Origin: Eledone cirrhosa
Lineage: Eukaryota
Direction: 5' to 3'
DNA length: 64,000 bases
Assembly (NCBI GenBank): GCA_964016885.1
Contig: OZ024746.1
Location: 7,936,001 to 8,000,000 of the forward strand
Shown here: piece after piece, positions 1-13,259 of the stretch
Layout of the letters: the number at the start of each line of letters is the position of its first letter
Position numbering within the stretch: position 1 is the first letter of the stretch
Notes under the pieces: generated by a model
Databases searched by the model: none
What the model was told of the DNA's origin: nothing
What the model saw: only the letters and a program-made list of their open reading frames with translations
Translations under genes and position numbers: made by a program

Positions 1-125
1 GTCGAAATGGCTTGAGCTCAGCCGTCGGGGTCTTACTTGTTCCTATTACCCACTCTACTACCCTAAGTATTGAGTACTTTGGTGCATTATGGTCCACCTG
101 GTTCCTTACCACATTTCCTTCGTTA
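1..125 (+). mobile_element. Short repeat family 'PLE-end A' (putative Penelope-like terminus carrying the 3' half of a hammerhead)
   Basis: Near-identical to 52617-52741 and to the reverse complement of 13643-13790. Begins GTC-GAAA-TGGC-loop-GCCG-TC-GGGG and is followed by a TA microsatellite. Confidence 0.6.
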
Positions 126-148
126 TATGTATGTGTGTATATATATTT

Positions 149-458
149 TAAAAAAAGGAAAAGAATGACTTCACTTGTAGTTCTAGACAATTTGATTTAA
201 TTTTATATTATTATGATTTTACAATTTTGTTTTGAAGATCTAGTAAGTTCTTTGTTTACTTCGGTGCGGAGATTTTTAAAGATTCCTGGTTAACTTGTGA
301 GAGTTCTCCAGGAAAGTTAACCAAGAATCTTTAAAAATCTCCCCACTAAAGTTAACAAAGAACTTACTCGATCTACAAAACCAAATTGTAAAATCATATT
401 ATAAAATTAAATCAAATTGTCTAGAACTACAAAGGAAGTAATTCTTTTCCTTTTTTTA
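149..458. repeat. Long imperfect inverted repeat (fold-back), arms about 145 bp
   Basis: aaaaaaggaaaagaatgacttcacttgtagttctagacaatttg...ggttaactt is mirrored by aagttaacc...caaattgtctagaactacaaaggaagtaattcttttccttttttt. Confidence 0.9.
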
Positions 459-684
459 GATATACCTAACTGTACCAAGGATTTCACACATTTTCCAATA
501 TATATCAGTGTGCAGGAAAGGTAGCAATTCCATCCTATGCCCCAAATGCAAAGCTATGGGTACATAAAATATGTAGTGGGATCACAGGCAGACTATCACA
601 AAACATAGGTTTTATATGAAGCCGATATTTGGTTATTGTCATATAAATTATAATAATTTTCAGATTTATCATGAGAACTTAGAA

Positions 685-1301
685 TCTATATATATAAAGT
701 TGTAGTACCTGTCTGTTTGGTTGGTTGTTTGTTTGTTTGGTTGGTTGGTTGTTTGTTTGTTTGTTTGGTTGGTTTGTTTGTTTGTTTGGTTGGTTGGTTG
801 GTTGGTTGTTTGTTTGTTCACGAACTCCTCCTATGGTTTTGGAGATAGATCCCCATAACCATATATATTCTGAAACTACATTGCCCAGGGTACTTGGATA
901 AGTATATTTAATTTTAATCAAAGAGTTCCCTGGGCGCACAAACCCCCGCTGAAAATGTTTTCCCTTTTATTTATATGAAATTTAAACCATAGGTAAATGA
1001 CAAGATATGATACCTATTCACAAAATTTCAGTAAATTTCAATAATATTAAGACACCCTAATGGGGGTTAAACCCCCTATAGTGAAAATTTTGGAAGCCCA
1101 TAACTTGAGTATTGGAACCTCTATTATCACGGGGTTTTTCTATTAATTAAACATAAATCAATAAAAAAAGCATCTCTCTTTTATAGTAAAATTTGGCTAA
1201 TTTAGACCAAACATCACTAGAATTATGACAACAAAAATTATTAGTTAATGCCTCTACTTTTTTATGTGTGAAACGCAGCAAGGCGCAGGTAATTCGGCTA
1301 G
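685..1301 (+). mobile_element. Non-autonomous Helitron-like element
   Basis: 5' a|TCTATATATATAAA, internal (TTGG/TTGT)n microsatellite, GC-rich subterminal segment and CTAG|t end. Inserted between A and T with no TSD. Confidence 0.75.
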
Positions 1302-1564
1302 TTCTTGATAAAAATGTCTATTTATTTGAGAATATGGTTTAATATATGTCCCCTAGAGCTTTAGCAGTGTCTATGGACCAATGGTTGAAAATCAAGATAA
1401 GAAATAATGAATTAATAAATTTTTAATAACATAAAAGGAATTTAACCAAAGTTTCCTTAAATGTCTTGTAATGACTTTTAATATAATAGCTTGTCAAACT
1501 ACGTCATTAACTGAAGTGTCTTAATTGATTTGAACTTAAAATCAATGATAGAGTAATACACTTT

Positions 1565-1637
<73 letters not shown>

Positions 1638-2790
1638 ACAATAACGAGTCAGACAATTAAATATCACCCGTTTCACTTCCAGATTGTTATTACCAGGGAT
1701 GGTTCACAGGATTGGTGAGCTCTTGTTTCTGCAATAGGATATGATCAAAGCAGAGATTTAGTTTAACTCTTTAGCAACTCGGACCAAGGAAACATTTCTA
1801 ATGGCTGACACTATCTACCAGTCACAACTCCTGCCAACCTTTGTAATAATAATAATTGTTTCTACTTTTGGCACAAGGCCAGCAATTACCCAGTAGATTA
1901 CTGGTACTTTATTTTATCGACTCCGTAAGGATTGAGTTTAATTTAGGCACAAGACCAGTGACTGGCTGGTGGTGGTGGGGGGGGGGGGGGGGTGATTACA
2001 TTGAACCAGTATTTGACTGGTATTTTATTTTATTGACTTTGGAAGAATGAAAGGCAAAAATTAGCAGTGAATATTTTTTTGTAATGGTCTAACCAGTATA
2101 AACACTTATTAAATGATAATATATTTAAGAACCAGCTTAAGAATCACAAAAAATAATCTTTGTTTGTTGTCTGAAAAAGTTGCAGACTGTTTTAATAATG
2201 TTGAATCCTGATTAATTTCAGCAGAAAAATATTTGTTTGCTAAGAAGGAAAATTAAATAAATATGAAAGAATAGATAAGACTGCTATAGAAATAGCTGAT
2301 ATTTTTATAAAACTACAAGAATTGTAGTAAATAAAACAGAAAACAGATAATTGTTATGTGTGTGTGTTTTAACAATTCAACTAGGAATGAAAAATAAGAA
2401 ATGGTTTAAAGTATTTGACTTTTGGTAGTAACACGTCTTGTATACAACAGATGTGGAGATGTGAGTGTAATAGTAACACAGCTGTCTTGTATACAACAGA
2501 TGTGAGTTTGATTCCCACAACAGATCATGTCCACTTTTTATGTTTCTAAGGGGTTTATAGACCCAACTTGTTCAACTATTTATTAATCAAACTCACACTT
2601 GTAGATATAGACAGCTGATAGTCAGCCGATAGACAGTCGATCCCAGACTCTCTTTGCTTAACAAGTTGGGTGGAGCTCATCAAACAGAACTGAGGAAACA
2701 ATATTTCCATTGGTCTTTCCAATTGATAATACTATCTACCAGTTGCAAATCCAGCAGAATACTTGTAGATATAGCAGCTTACAATGAACT

Positions 2791-2950
2791 ATCATCATCA
2801 TCATCATCACTGTTTTACGTCTATTTCCCATGTTTGAATGGGTTAGATGGTTGTCGTAAGCTGGTAACAGACCAGTCAGGTGACTAGGTCCTGTTAGTAT
2901 GCTTTATATGTGCTTGGTTTCTACAGCTGCATGCCCTTCTTAACACAAAG
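2791..2950 (-). mobile_element. 3' tail fragment of RTE family B ((GAT)n-tailed)
   Basis: (CAT)n followed by tttacgtc...ccatg...gggttaga and gcccttctaac, as in 16426-16590. Confidence 0.6.
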
Positions 2951-3023
2951 CTAACATTTTCAAATATCCCCCACCACCACCACACACACACATGAAAATA
3001 CACCCACACACATGTATGCAAAT

Positions 3024-3216
3024 ATAATTGTTTCTACTTTTTTGGCACAAGGCCAGCAATTATCCCAGTGTATTACTGGTACTTTATTTTATCGACCCTA
3101 TAAGGATGAAAGGCAAAGTGAACCTCGGCGGGATTTGAACTCAGACCATAAAGGGCCGTAACTATGCTGGAAAGCATGGCGTCCGACCCTCTACCGATTC
3201 TGCCAATCCACCACCA
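3024..3216 (-). mobile_element. tRNA-derived SINE family 1 (Nin/Deu-like central domain)
   Basis: On the minus strand: A-box-like TGGCAGAATCGG, B box GAGTTCAAATCC and gcctttcatcct..gggtcgataaaataaagtaccag. 15-bp TSD gtatgcaaatataat at 3014-3028 and 3218-3232. Confidence 0.9.
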
Positions 3217-3336
3217 AGTATGCAAATATAATGTTTCGTAAAATGGCTGTTTACTTGTATTTTTGTCTACAAATACAATAATTTGGAACTCAATATACAG
3301 GGGATCAATAGAACATGTTTACTACTTGGTTACTAT

Positions 3337-3565
3337 ATCTTCTTCTTCTTCTTGTCCCACTTATTCCTGGGAAGCTCATGGTAGGGGGAGGGGGGAGTCC
3401 TCCTCAAGCACACCTTCCAGTGAGGTCCTGTCAGAAGCAACCATCTCCAATTCATCCAGCTGGAGCACCAAACAAGATTAGCCAAGCTCATAGATGTTAT
3501 CCAACTATCATCTTGCTTAGGATCCACCCCTGGGTCTCCTGCCAGTTAGTTTTGCCCATAAAATC
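3337..3565 (-). mobile_element. 3' end of a degenerate (GAA)n-tailed LINE (RTE-like); other copies at 7010-7170 and about 20520-20700
   Basis: Shared sequence ggtcctgtcagaagcaaccatctccaa...gccaagctcat...cccctgggtctcctgc next to a (CTT)n tract. Confidence 0.6.
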
Positions 3566-5671
3566 TGAACTTTTAAAATAATTTTAGATTTGGGTGCACT
3601 TGATCAATTTTACTGTTGTGGTTTTGTTAGAAGATCTGTTATAAAGTAGGTCAGATCTGTTATAAAGTAGGTCAGATCTATCAAATCAACCAGTTATTAA
3701 ATACATTGATTCTTAATGTGTGTAGGTGTATTTACATGTGTGTGGTTGTAATTGTGTGTATGTGTGCGGCTATCTTTACATACATACGTGTGGGTGTATT
3801 CTCACGTGCGCTTGCCTGTGTGTTTGGGGGGGGGGGGTATTTGTATGTGTTTTGGAGATATTTTTATGTGTTTGTATGTGTGTGTTTGTGTGTATGTGTG
3901 TGTATGTGTGTATTTGTATGTGTGTGTGTGTTTACAGCACTCATTTCACCTAGAATATTATTAATCTTTTATATTAATATAGATTAACATCATTGAAGCA
4001 GAGTTATTTAGATTAAACCTGTTTACTCAGCTAATTAGATCAACTCTCAGGTGTAAACCCCATTTCATTGTTTATAAGTAGTCCCAGAAAGGACCAGGTA
4101 AAATATCCCCCCCTCCCCACACACACACACTCACACACACACTCACACCATTATTAATATTTTTGAAGGCAGAAAGACAAAGCCTAAGATCCTAATATTT
4201 TTATTATAATAGATCAAACTGAAAGTTGCTGGGAGATTTATTGATTCCATTTACAGTACTTATATTATTGATCTCAGAATAATGAAAAAAAAATGAAGTT
4301 AATCTTAACACAATTTGAACTATGAAAAGTGAGTCACCAAAATTGATCGTGAAAATGATCTCGTGCCAAATGTAGAAATAATTATTTCAATCAATGAATC
4401 ATTAAGCAACTGAAAAAATCACTTGCAGTGTGTGTTCTCACTCTTTCCTTTCTGAGCTTAAATTCTGCTGAGGTAAACTTTACCTCTCATCATCTCAGAG
4501 ACAAGGATTGTTAAAATAAAGTCCCAGTTAAGTACTGAGGTCCAAATTATTGATTGTTCCCCTCACACCAAAATTTCTGGACTTTTAGAAATTATTAGTG
4601 GTCGTGTAGGTGTCACAACAAAAAGTGCCCAGCCCACACTATAAATGTGGTTGGTGTTAGCAAGGACGATGATGATGATGATTGAAGTGCTACAGCGTCT
4701 GACAAAAGGCCTTGCAGCATTTAATTACAGACTTTTACATTCTGATTTGAATCTGACAGAGATCAGCTTTGTATTTTATCCTTCCAGGGCTTTTGTTGTT
4801 GTTGTTGTTGTTATATAACTTCCTTTATGATAAACCAATTGAACCATGTTGAACTTTCAGCAAGACTGTAATGTGTCAGACTTATGGATGGTAGCCTGAT
4901 CAAGGTAATGAATGGTACTCTAACCATTCAAGCATAGGAAGAAATAATAAAAAAAAAAGTAAAACAGAATGACCCTTTATATTGTTTGCCTGAAATAGGA
5001 ATAAAAAGGTTTATTTTAGGCAGAAATACTTCACGCCTATGACTAATCCAAATTAGATAAAATGAAATTTTCCATGAAAATGGTTTCTAAAGATCTGAGT
5101 GGTGATTAATGAAATCTTGGCCAATATTTTGGTTTGTAGCTGTCAGTAAATTCTTATTCTGGAATTCTTTTGAAATCCTGCCTATCTTTTTGTTTCCAAT
5201 TAAAATTAAGAAAGCAAAGAAGAAGGGATCTACTACTTCATATAGATGTGGTTATAAATAATTATTTTAAAACAAACATATGTAGTTTATGAAACTGTAT
5301 TCTTGTGTTGTATTTCATTTTTTCTTAATCAAAACATTTTACTGAATTCAAGGATATGTTAAAAATAAAAATGTCAGTTAGAAATATTTTCATTAAAAAA
5401 ATCTAAACAAAATACATCAATAGAATTACAAAATACATAAATAGAATTATAAATAAAAGTCTTTGTTAGTTCAATTTCTTGTCAATTATGTTTTTGTAAG
5501 TTGGGTTTCTTTAAAAGATGTATCATCTTTTAAAATTCATCTATATTATATTTTTCTTGTGTAAAATATCATGGGGAAATGTTGATAAAATGAATCTTTT
5601 TGGTTAGTTTGTAGCTAGGTAGGATAAGCTTTTGCTGAATTTAGTATAAAATTGGTTAAGCTGTTCAGTAA

Positions 5672-6720
5672 ATAATTGTTTCTACTTTTGGCACAAGGGC
5701 AGCAATTATCCCAGTGTATTACTGGTACTTTATTTTATCGACCCTATAAGGATGAAAGGCAAAGTTAACCTCGGCGGGATTTGAACTCAGACCATAAAGG
5801 ACCGTAACTCTTTGCTGCAAAGCATGGCATCTGACCCTCTACCGATACTGCCAATCCACCACCCTAGCATGGCATCTGACCCTCTACCGATACTGCCAGT
5901 CCACTGCCCTAGCATGGCATCTGACCCTCTACTGATACTGCCAATCCACCACCCTAGCATGGCATCTGACCCTCTACCGATACTGCTAATCCACCACCCT
6001 AGCATGGCATCTGACCCTCTACCGATACTGCCAATCCACCGCCCTAGCATGGCATCTGACCCTCTACCGATACTGCCAATCCACCACCCTAGCATGGCAT
6101 CTGACCCTCTACCGATACTGCCAATCCACCGCCCTAGCATGGCATCTGACCCTCTACCAATACTGCCAATCCACCACCCTAGCATGGCATCTGACCCTCT
6201 ACCAATACTGCCAATCCACCACCCTAGCATGGCATCTGACCCTCTACCAATACTGCCAATCCACCACCCTAGCATGGCATCTGACCCTCTACCAATACTG
6301 CCAATCCACCACCCTAGCATGGCATCTGACCCTCTACCAATACTGCCAATCCACCACCCTAGCATGGCATCTGACCCTCTACCAATACTGCCAATCCACC
6401 ACCCTAGCATGGCATCTGACCCTCTACCAATACTGCCAATCCACCACCCTAGCATGGCATCTGACCCTCGACCGATACTGCCAATCCACCACCCTAGCAT
6501 GGCATCTGACCCTCTACCGATACTGCCAATCCACCGCCCTAGCATGGCATCTGACCCTCTACCGATACTGCCAATCCACCACCCTAGCATGGCATCTGAC
6601 CCTCTACTGATACTGCCAATCCACCGCCCTAGCATGGCATCTGACCCTCTACTGATACTACCAATCCACCACCCTAGCATGGCATCTGACCCTCTACCGA
6701 TACTGCCAATCCACCACCCT
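5672..6720 (-). mobile_element. SINE family 1 copy with a tandemly amplified 5' head
   Basis: SINE body at 5672-5820 followed by the 45-bp array. Flanked by near-perfect TSD ctgttcagtaaataat / ctgtttagtaaataat. Confidence 0.9.
5821..6720. repeat. Minisatellite, 20 x 45 bp (agcatggcatctgaccctctaccgatactgccaatccaccaccct)
   Basis: Direct count: 900 bp / 45 bp. The unit matches the SINE 5' end. Confidence 0.97.
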
Positions 6721-7332
6721 GTTTAGTAAATAATAAATAAAAATATGTGGTACATGTGAATTGTAATGGATAATTCATGAGAAGACATTGTTTAGTAGAA
6801 GTTGCTTTTAAAAGAGATGAATGTCTACTTCTCCGAAACTTGTTGAAATATGGGAAAATTAGCTTCTATATATAAGAGACAAACTGACCAAAAAGATCTT
6901 CTTCTTCTTTTTCTTTTTCTTCTTCTTTTTCTTTTTCTTTTTCTTTTTTCTTTTTCTTTTTTCTTTTTCTTTTTCTTTTTCTTCTTCTTCTTTTTCTTTT
7001 TCTTCTTCTTCTTCTTCTTGCTTGAGAGAGTCATGAGAACAGAGCCCTCAAACACTCCTTCCAGCAGGTCCTGTCAGAAGCAACCATCTCCAAGTGAGAC
7101 CAGCCAAGCTCATGGATGTTATCCAATCATCTTGCTCGGAGTCTACCCATGGGTTTCCTGCCAGTTGGTTTAAAATTTAAACAAATTCAACAAAAGATGA
7201 ATGAAATACCAATAAAATTCTATTGTAGCAAAATAGTAATTTTTTTCATAATGGTTGGCCATATCAGTGAAATAATTTCTTTGAGATTAAATTAAGTCAC
7301 AGAGAAGTATAAACATGTCTTTATTTTGAAAT

Positions 7333-7636
7333 TTAACCCTTTAGTTACCAACCTGACCAAAACTGGCTCTGGTTCTGTGAAATAAACCACTCATTTTAAC
7401 CCTTTAGTTACTGACCCCAGCCAAAACCAGCTCTTGTTCTATGAAATAAAACCACATATTTTAAAGGATTCCAATTTAAATTAAAATCTTCCAACATAAT
7501 TTTATATAAGAACCTTACATTAAGTTACTATCTTAATAATGAAATAATTAATCATTTTATGAAGTCCCTCAAAATTCTTCATTAATTAATTAAAATAGAG
7601 TGTATTTCATTAGAAATGTGGTCATGAAAAGGTTAA
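7333..7636. mobile_element. TTAA-flanked MITE (piggyBac-like) with duplicated left end
   Basis: TTAACCCTTT...AAAGGTTAA ends. Second copy at 26708-26938; lone end at about 8168. Confidence 0.7.
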
Positions 7637-8574
7637 ATGCTAACAAGTTTTAAATGTATAGATATTGTGTAAACTTAAAAACTGAGTAAGAATTGGCATC
7701 ACATGAAGGGAAATGAAAGAAGAAAATAGATATGGAACTCTTCTGAGCAGTCTACATGGAAGAATTGGTTTCAGAAAAGAAAAAAAAAGATTAGTTAAAA
7801 TAGCTAATAGGAACATATGAGTAATTCTGTGTAAAAAAGCTAACAATTCCCGTGAAAGATCTTTTGGAAGAAGAAATCAATTTTCTTAAATTTTGCTTTA
7901 AATACTACAATCCTATGGCATGAAACCAATAAAATTGAAAGCTTAGATAAGTTTTAAAGATTCCTGACATTTGAACAACATTACTGCATGCAAGCAATTA
8001 TATGATATCTGGCAGTTGCTGCAGAATTCTTGACATTTGACTAATTCTTGTATATAAATGTAAGAAAATTTTATTTTTGTTTTACATCAAAAATACTCCT
8101 TACTCTGAAATAAGCTGAGAACGATAAATTTTTTCCCCACATATTGATACTTTAGATGTTATAGAGTTTAACCCTTTCATGACCGTATTTATAATGAAAT
8201 ATACTAGCATGGGATGGGTAGATCTACATAGACCACATCAGTACTAAAGCAGGAGAACTGAACTCCCAGACATCTCAAGGGGTCTGCATCTCACGTCCAA
8301 TCATACATTCTATTGAGTACACAAGAGACGCTGTCATGTCTTCTGACACAACGGAAGGTCCTCCCAATCCTTTGTTTGGCAAAATCTTATTTTCTTTCAA
8401 TACTTTATTCTCTTTGTTTAGTTTTCCCTTATTTTTTATATTTATACATTGAAAAAAAATTATTTTTATTTCCTTTTATACTTTTCCAAATATGGATATT
8501 TTTCAAAATGTCACTGAAATGCATAAATTATAGACAGATACTCTTCATAACATTGATAACTATATTGTAGTGAA

Positions 8575-8690
8575 TGTACATAGTCTTGTGGTTAGGGTGT
8601 TGAACTCACAGTCATGGCTGTGGGTTCAATATCTGGACCAGGTGGTGCATTGCATTCTTGAGCAAAATATTTTATTTCCTGTTACTTCTT
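8575..8690 (+). mobile_element. SINE family 2, degenerate head
   Basis: gtggttagggtg...ggttcaat...cttgagcaaaatattttatttc resembles the copy at 23415-23722. Confidence 0.55.
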
Positions 8691-9112
8691 TTGCCAAGAA
8701 TTGTAAACAGTAGATAATATAAATATGGACAAGACCAATGGGAACATTGATTCTTTGGTCCAATCACACAATACATTTCTTTCATTTTATTGTAGGAAAA
8801 GCTGGAGTAATTCATATTATTACTATTATTAATATTTTAAAATAATTGAATGAGATATGTATGAAGAAGATGTACTGTTGGTTTTGAATATAAAACATTC
8901 AATAAATATAGAATGAAAACTCAAGCTGTTGTGGAAAACAGCTGCTTGTATCAACAACCTACCTCTATAGTATAAACCAATAAACAAGCTTCTGTGTAGA
9001 CATTGAACCTACTAGAAATAGCAGCCAAGTCCCCATAATATCAGATCCTACCATCTTAAAAAAAGGACATGTTGGATAATATAGTCCTATATGTGTGTGT
9101 ATATATATATAC

Positions 9113-9149
<37 letters not shown>

Positions 9150-9201
9150 CATATATATGTATGTACATATATATATATATATATATATACATATATATGT
9201 A

Positions 9202-9239
<38 letters not shown>

Positions 9240-9509
9240 TATGTATGTACATATATATATATATATATATACATATATATATGTATGTACATACATATAT
9301 ATATATATATATATATGTGCATACATATATATATGTATGTACATACATATATATATATATATATATATGTGCATACATATATATATATATATGTACATAC
9401 ATATATATATATATATGTACATACATATATATATATATATGTACATACATATATATATATATATGTACATACATATATATATATATATGTACATACATAT
9501 ATATATATG

Positions 9510-9560
<51 letters not shown>

Positions 9561-9561
9561 G

Positions 9562-9610
<49 letters not shown>

Positions 9611-9781
9611 ATATTGTTTTATTTTAAGATGACCTCCCTTTACCCTTTTGGGGACATCGTGTATTTTATCTTTGGGAGGACTGCTGGATTTTCTAATCTA
9701 CCAATCTCTTCTTAGCGCTGAGGGAGACCATCACCATTCTATTAGTGTCGATATAATTCTTATATCGATATTATTTGGGCA

Positions 9782-9905
9782 TCCACTGATGAGTTTATAA
9801 GAGCCCGCTTGTGTATAAAACTACGGATTATATACAAGTTTCTACATAACCTGGAAATTATTTATCCCAAATTGTAGAAATCTCATAATGAAACAATCGT
9901 CTGGA
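9782..9905 (+). ncRNA. Type I hammerhead ribozyme with intact core and a branched stem II insertion of about 95 nt
   Basis: UCCA-CUGAUGA(9786-92)-stem II-GAAA(9890-93)-C-aauc-G-UC(9900-01)-UGGA. Stem I is UCCA/UGGA. AATAAA lies about 20 nt downstream. Confidence 0.7.
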
Positions 9906-10055
9906 AGGAAAGAGATATTTATTTAATAAAGTCTCATATAAAATAATACAACCAGCTATCCACGAAATACTGATTAGTTAGCACCCCAAACACTGTACAT
10001 ACATATATATGTACATATATATACATATATATATATATATGTACATACATATATA

Positions 10056-10129
<74 letters not shown>

Positions 10130-10172
10130 TACATATATATATATATATATATGTACATACATATATATGTAC

Positions 10173-10206
<34 letters not shown>

Positions 10207-10682
10207 GTACATACATATATATGTACATATATATACATATATATATATATGTACATACATATATACATATATATACATATATATATATATGTACATACAT
10301 ATATATGTACATATATATACATATATATATATATATATGTACATACATATATATTTAAATTTTCTTACACAAATATGTCCTATTAATGGGTGTAAGTATG
10401 TGCATTATTTTCTCAGTCAGAATCCAAACAAAATCAACAGCAACCAAACAAAGAGAACTATTGAACTGTCATCTACTTACAGACTGCCTGATTCTATTGA
10501 ACTATGTATGATAAAACATAATATAATTGTTTCTAATTTTGGTAGCAATTTAGGGGAAGGGGGGAACATCTATTATCTCAACCCTCAGTACATGACTGGT
10601 ATTTTATTTTATCAACTCTGGAATGTTGAAAGGTTGACCTCAGCAGGATTTGAACTCAGAACAAACATAAAGAGCCAGAACA

Positions 10683-10865
10683 AATAATTGTTTCTACTTT
10701 TGGAACAAGGCCAGCAATTATCCCAGTACATTACTGGTACTTTATTTTATCAACCCTGTAAGGATGAAAGGTAAAGTTAACCTTGGTGGGATTTGAACTC
10801 AGGCCGTAAAGGGCCGTAACTCTTTGCTGCTAAGCATGGCAGCCAACCCTCTACCGATACTACCA
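10683..10865 (-). mobile_element. SINE family 1 copy (older related partial copy at 10525-10680)
   Basis: Same head, B box and tail as 3024-3216. Confidence 0.88.
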
Positions 10866-10929
10866 ATAATATTGCTAAGTATTTGTCCAATGCTCTCACA
10901 ATTCTGCCAATCTGACAATATAATATAAT

Positions 10930-11213
10930 ATTCATATAAAACTGAGAAAACTCATCGCTAGAACAGCTGTCAAAGACAGTCAAATGGCTGACAGAGAGAG
11001 ACCAGTGGTCAGTGGTAGACAGAGAGAGAATCCATGGGTGACAGGCAGATGAAAAATATAAAAGATTGAAAGAGGAGGAGGTCAAGGAAAAGTGTCTCTT
11101 TGGCAACCGCCGGTCTCTGTCCTCTCAGGCATTTTTGCCCATCTCTGTCTTTGACAGCATTTGGCTGTTTTAATGGCTGTTCTAACGATGAGTTTTATTA
11201 TTTTTATATGAAT
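10930..11213. mobile_element. MITE-like element with imperfect terminal inverted repeats of about 60 bp
   Basis: attcatataaaa...aaaactcatcgctagaacagc is mirrored by ggctgttctaacgatgagtttt...ttttatatgaat. Confidence 0.6.
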
Positions 11214-11405
11214 GGCGATGGATTGGCAGTATAGGTTGAGGGTCTGACCTCATGCTTTGACGCATAGAGTTACGGCCCTTTATGGTCTGAGTTCAAATCC
11301 CGCTGAGGTAAAATTTGTCTTTCATCCGTACGGGGTCGATAAAATAAAGTACCAGTAATACACTGGGATAATTGCTGGCCTTGTGCCTATAGTAGAAATC
11401 ATTAT
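11214..11405 (+). mobile_element. SINE family 1 copy
   Basis: B box gagttcaaatcc. TSD attatttttatatgaat at 11197-11213 and 11401-11417. Confidence 0.9.
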
Positions 11406-11472
11406 TTTTATATGAATTTAAATAGACTCTCGCTTCGTCTTGATCAGAGATAACAGTTTATTCACATAGTAT

Positions 11473-11660
11473 AATATAATTGTTTCTACTTTATGGCACA
11501 AGGCCAGCAATTACTCAGTGCATTACTGGTACTTTATTTTATCGACCCCGTAAGGATGAAAGCAAGGTTAACCTCGGCGGGATTTGAACTCAGAATGGCA
11601 AGGGCCGTAACTCTATGCATCAAAGCATGGCATCCAACCCTCTACCAATACTGCCAATCC
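11473..11660 (-). mobile_element. SINE family 1 copy
   Basis: Full head-to-tail match to the family. Confidence 0.88.
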
Positions 11661-12709
11661 ACAATATAATACAATATAATATAATGTAATGTAACATAAT
11701 ATTCTATTAGATAGAAACTAAATGCTACCAACTTGTGAAGAAGACTCTCATATTTTAAAGAAGAAATAAATAAATATTGTTCATCAATTACAGAATTGCT
11801 ATCCCCTGCCTCCGCTTCCTGCTCCTCTCCCTTCCTCTAAGAAATCTATTCCAGAACATCTTTTGTTACTATTGAATGTCACATGGTAACGCACACACAG
11901 ACACACAGACATGTGGACACACACAAACACATTCAAACATGCATGCACACATATGCATGCATATACACACGCACACACATACACATACATGCATGCATAT
12001 ACACACATGCACACATACACATGCAAGCGCACATACATACACAAACACACATGCACATATGCAAACACACACACACACACAAATACACACACAGCACTCA
12101 CACACCAACACACAAACACATGACACTCACACACCAACACACATACATACACACACAAACGCATAAACACACGATACTCACACACCAACACACCAACAAA
12201 CACACAAACACACAACACTCACACACCAACACACAAACACACACACACAAACGAATAAACACATGATACTCACACACATACATACACACACAAACACACA
12301 TACATACACACACAAACACACAACATTCACACACCAACACACCAACACACATACATACACACACACCAACACATAAACACATTTGCACCTTCAATTTCAA
12401 TTGTAGAAAATTTGCAATTATCGAAGATATCACTTCTAAGATTTCAAGAGAATCTGAAAAATAATTTAACCAAGTTAGAATTGAAATAAAGAATAACGTG
12501 AACTGTAGCAAAAATTTAGACTTTTTAAAACAGAAAAACTGGTACTGTCTTTCAATATTGGTCTGATAGATTTTAACATACATACATACAAACATATATA
12601 TATATACATACATACATACAAGCATATATATATATACATACATACAAGCATATATATATATACATACATACATACAAACAGACATATACACACATACATA
12701 AACACACAC

Positions 12710-12741
<32 letters not shown>

Positions 12742-12774
12742 GTATACATACATACATACAAACAGACATATATA

Positions 12775-12779
<5 letters not shown>

Positions 12780-12870
<91 letters not shown>

Positions 12871-13139
12871 TACATACATACATACATACATACATACATA
12901 CATACATACATACATACATACATACATACATACATACATACATACATACATACATACATACATACATACATACATACATACATACATACATACATACATA
13001 CATACATACATACATACATACATACATACATACATACATACATACATACATACATACATACATACATACATACATACATACATACATACATACATACATA
13101 CATACATACATACATACATACATACATACATACATACAT
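12780..13139. repeat. (CA)n followed by a long perfect (TACA)n
   Basis: Directly visible. Confidence 0.98.
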
Positions 13140-13259
13140 GTGTGTATATATATAAGAAAATGAGTTTTTTTAAATAAAAGAAGCGAGATATCCTACACGG
13201 GGGAAAGGAAAAGAAATCAAAAATGCAACCGGAGTCTTTTTTAAAATATTTATTTATTT

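Noticed and set aside
3110-3216. tRNA gene at SINE heads
   Set aside because: A and B boxes are present, but there is no cloverleaf and the head is attached to a SINE body with TSDs.
5787-6726. ORFs of about 300 aa with a 15-aa repeat on both strands; superficial CRISPR resemblance
   Set aside because: This is a 45-bp SINE-derived tandem repeat with no unique spacers and no cas genes.
7640-8100. Possible Tc1-like transposase remnant or exon
   Set aside because: Many stops and no motif that I can identify with confidence.
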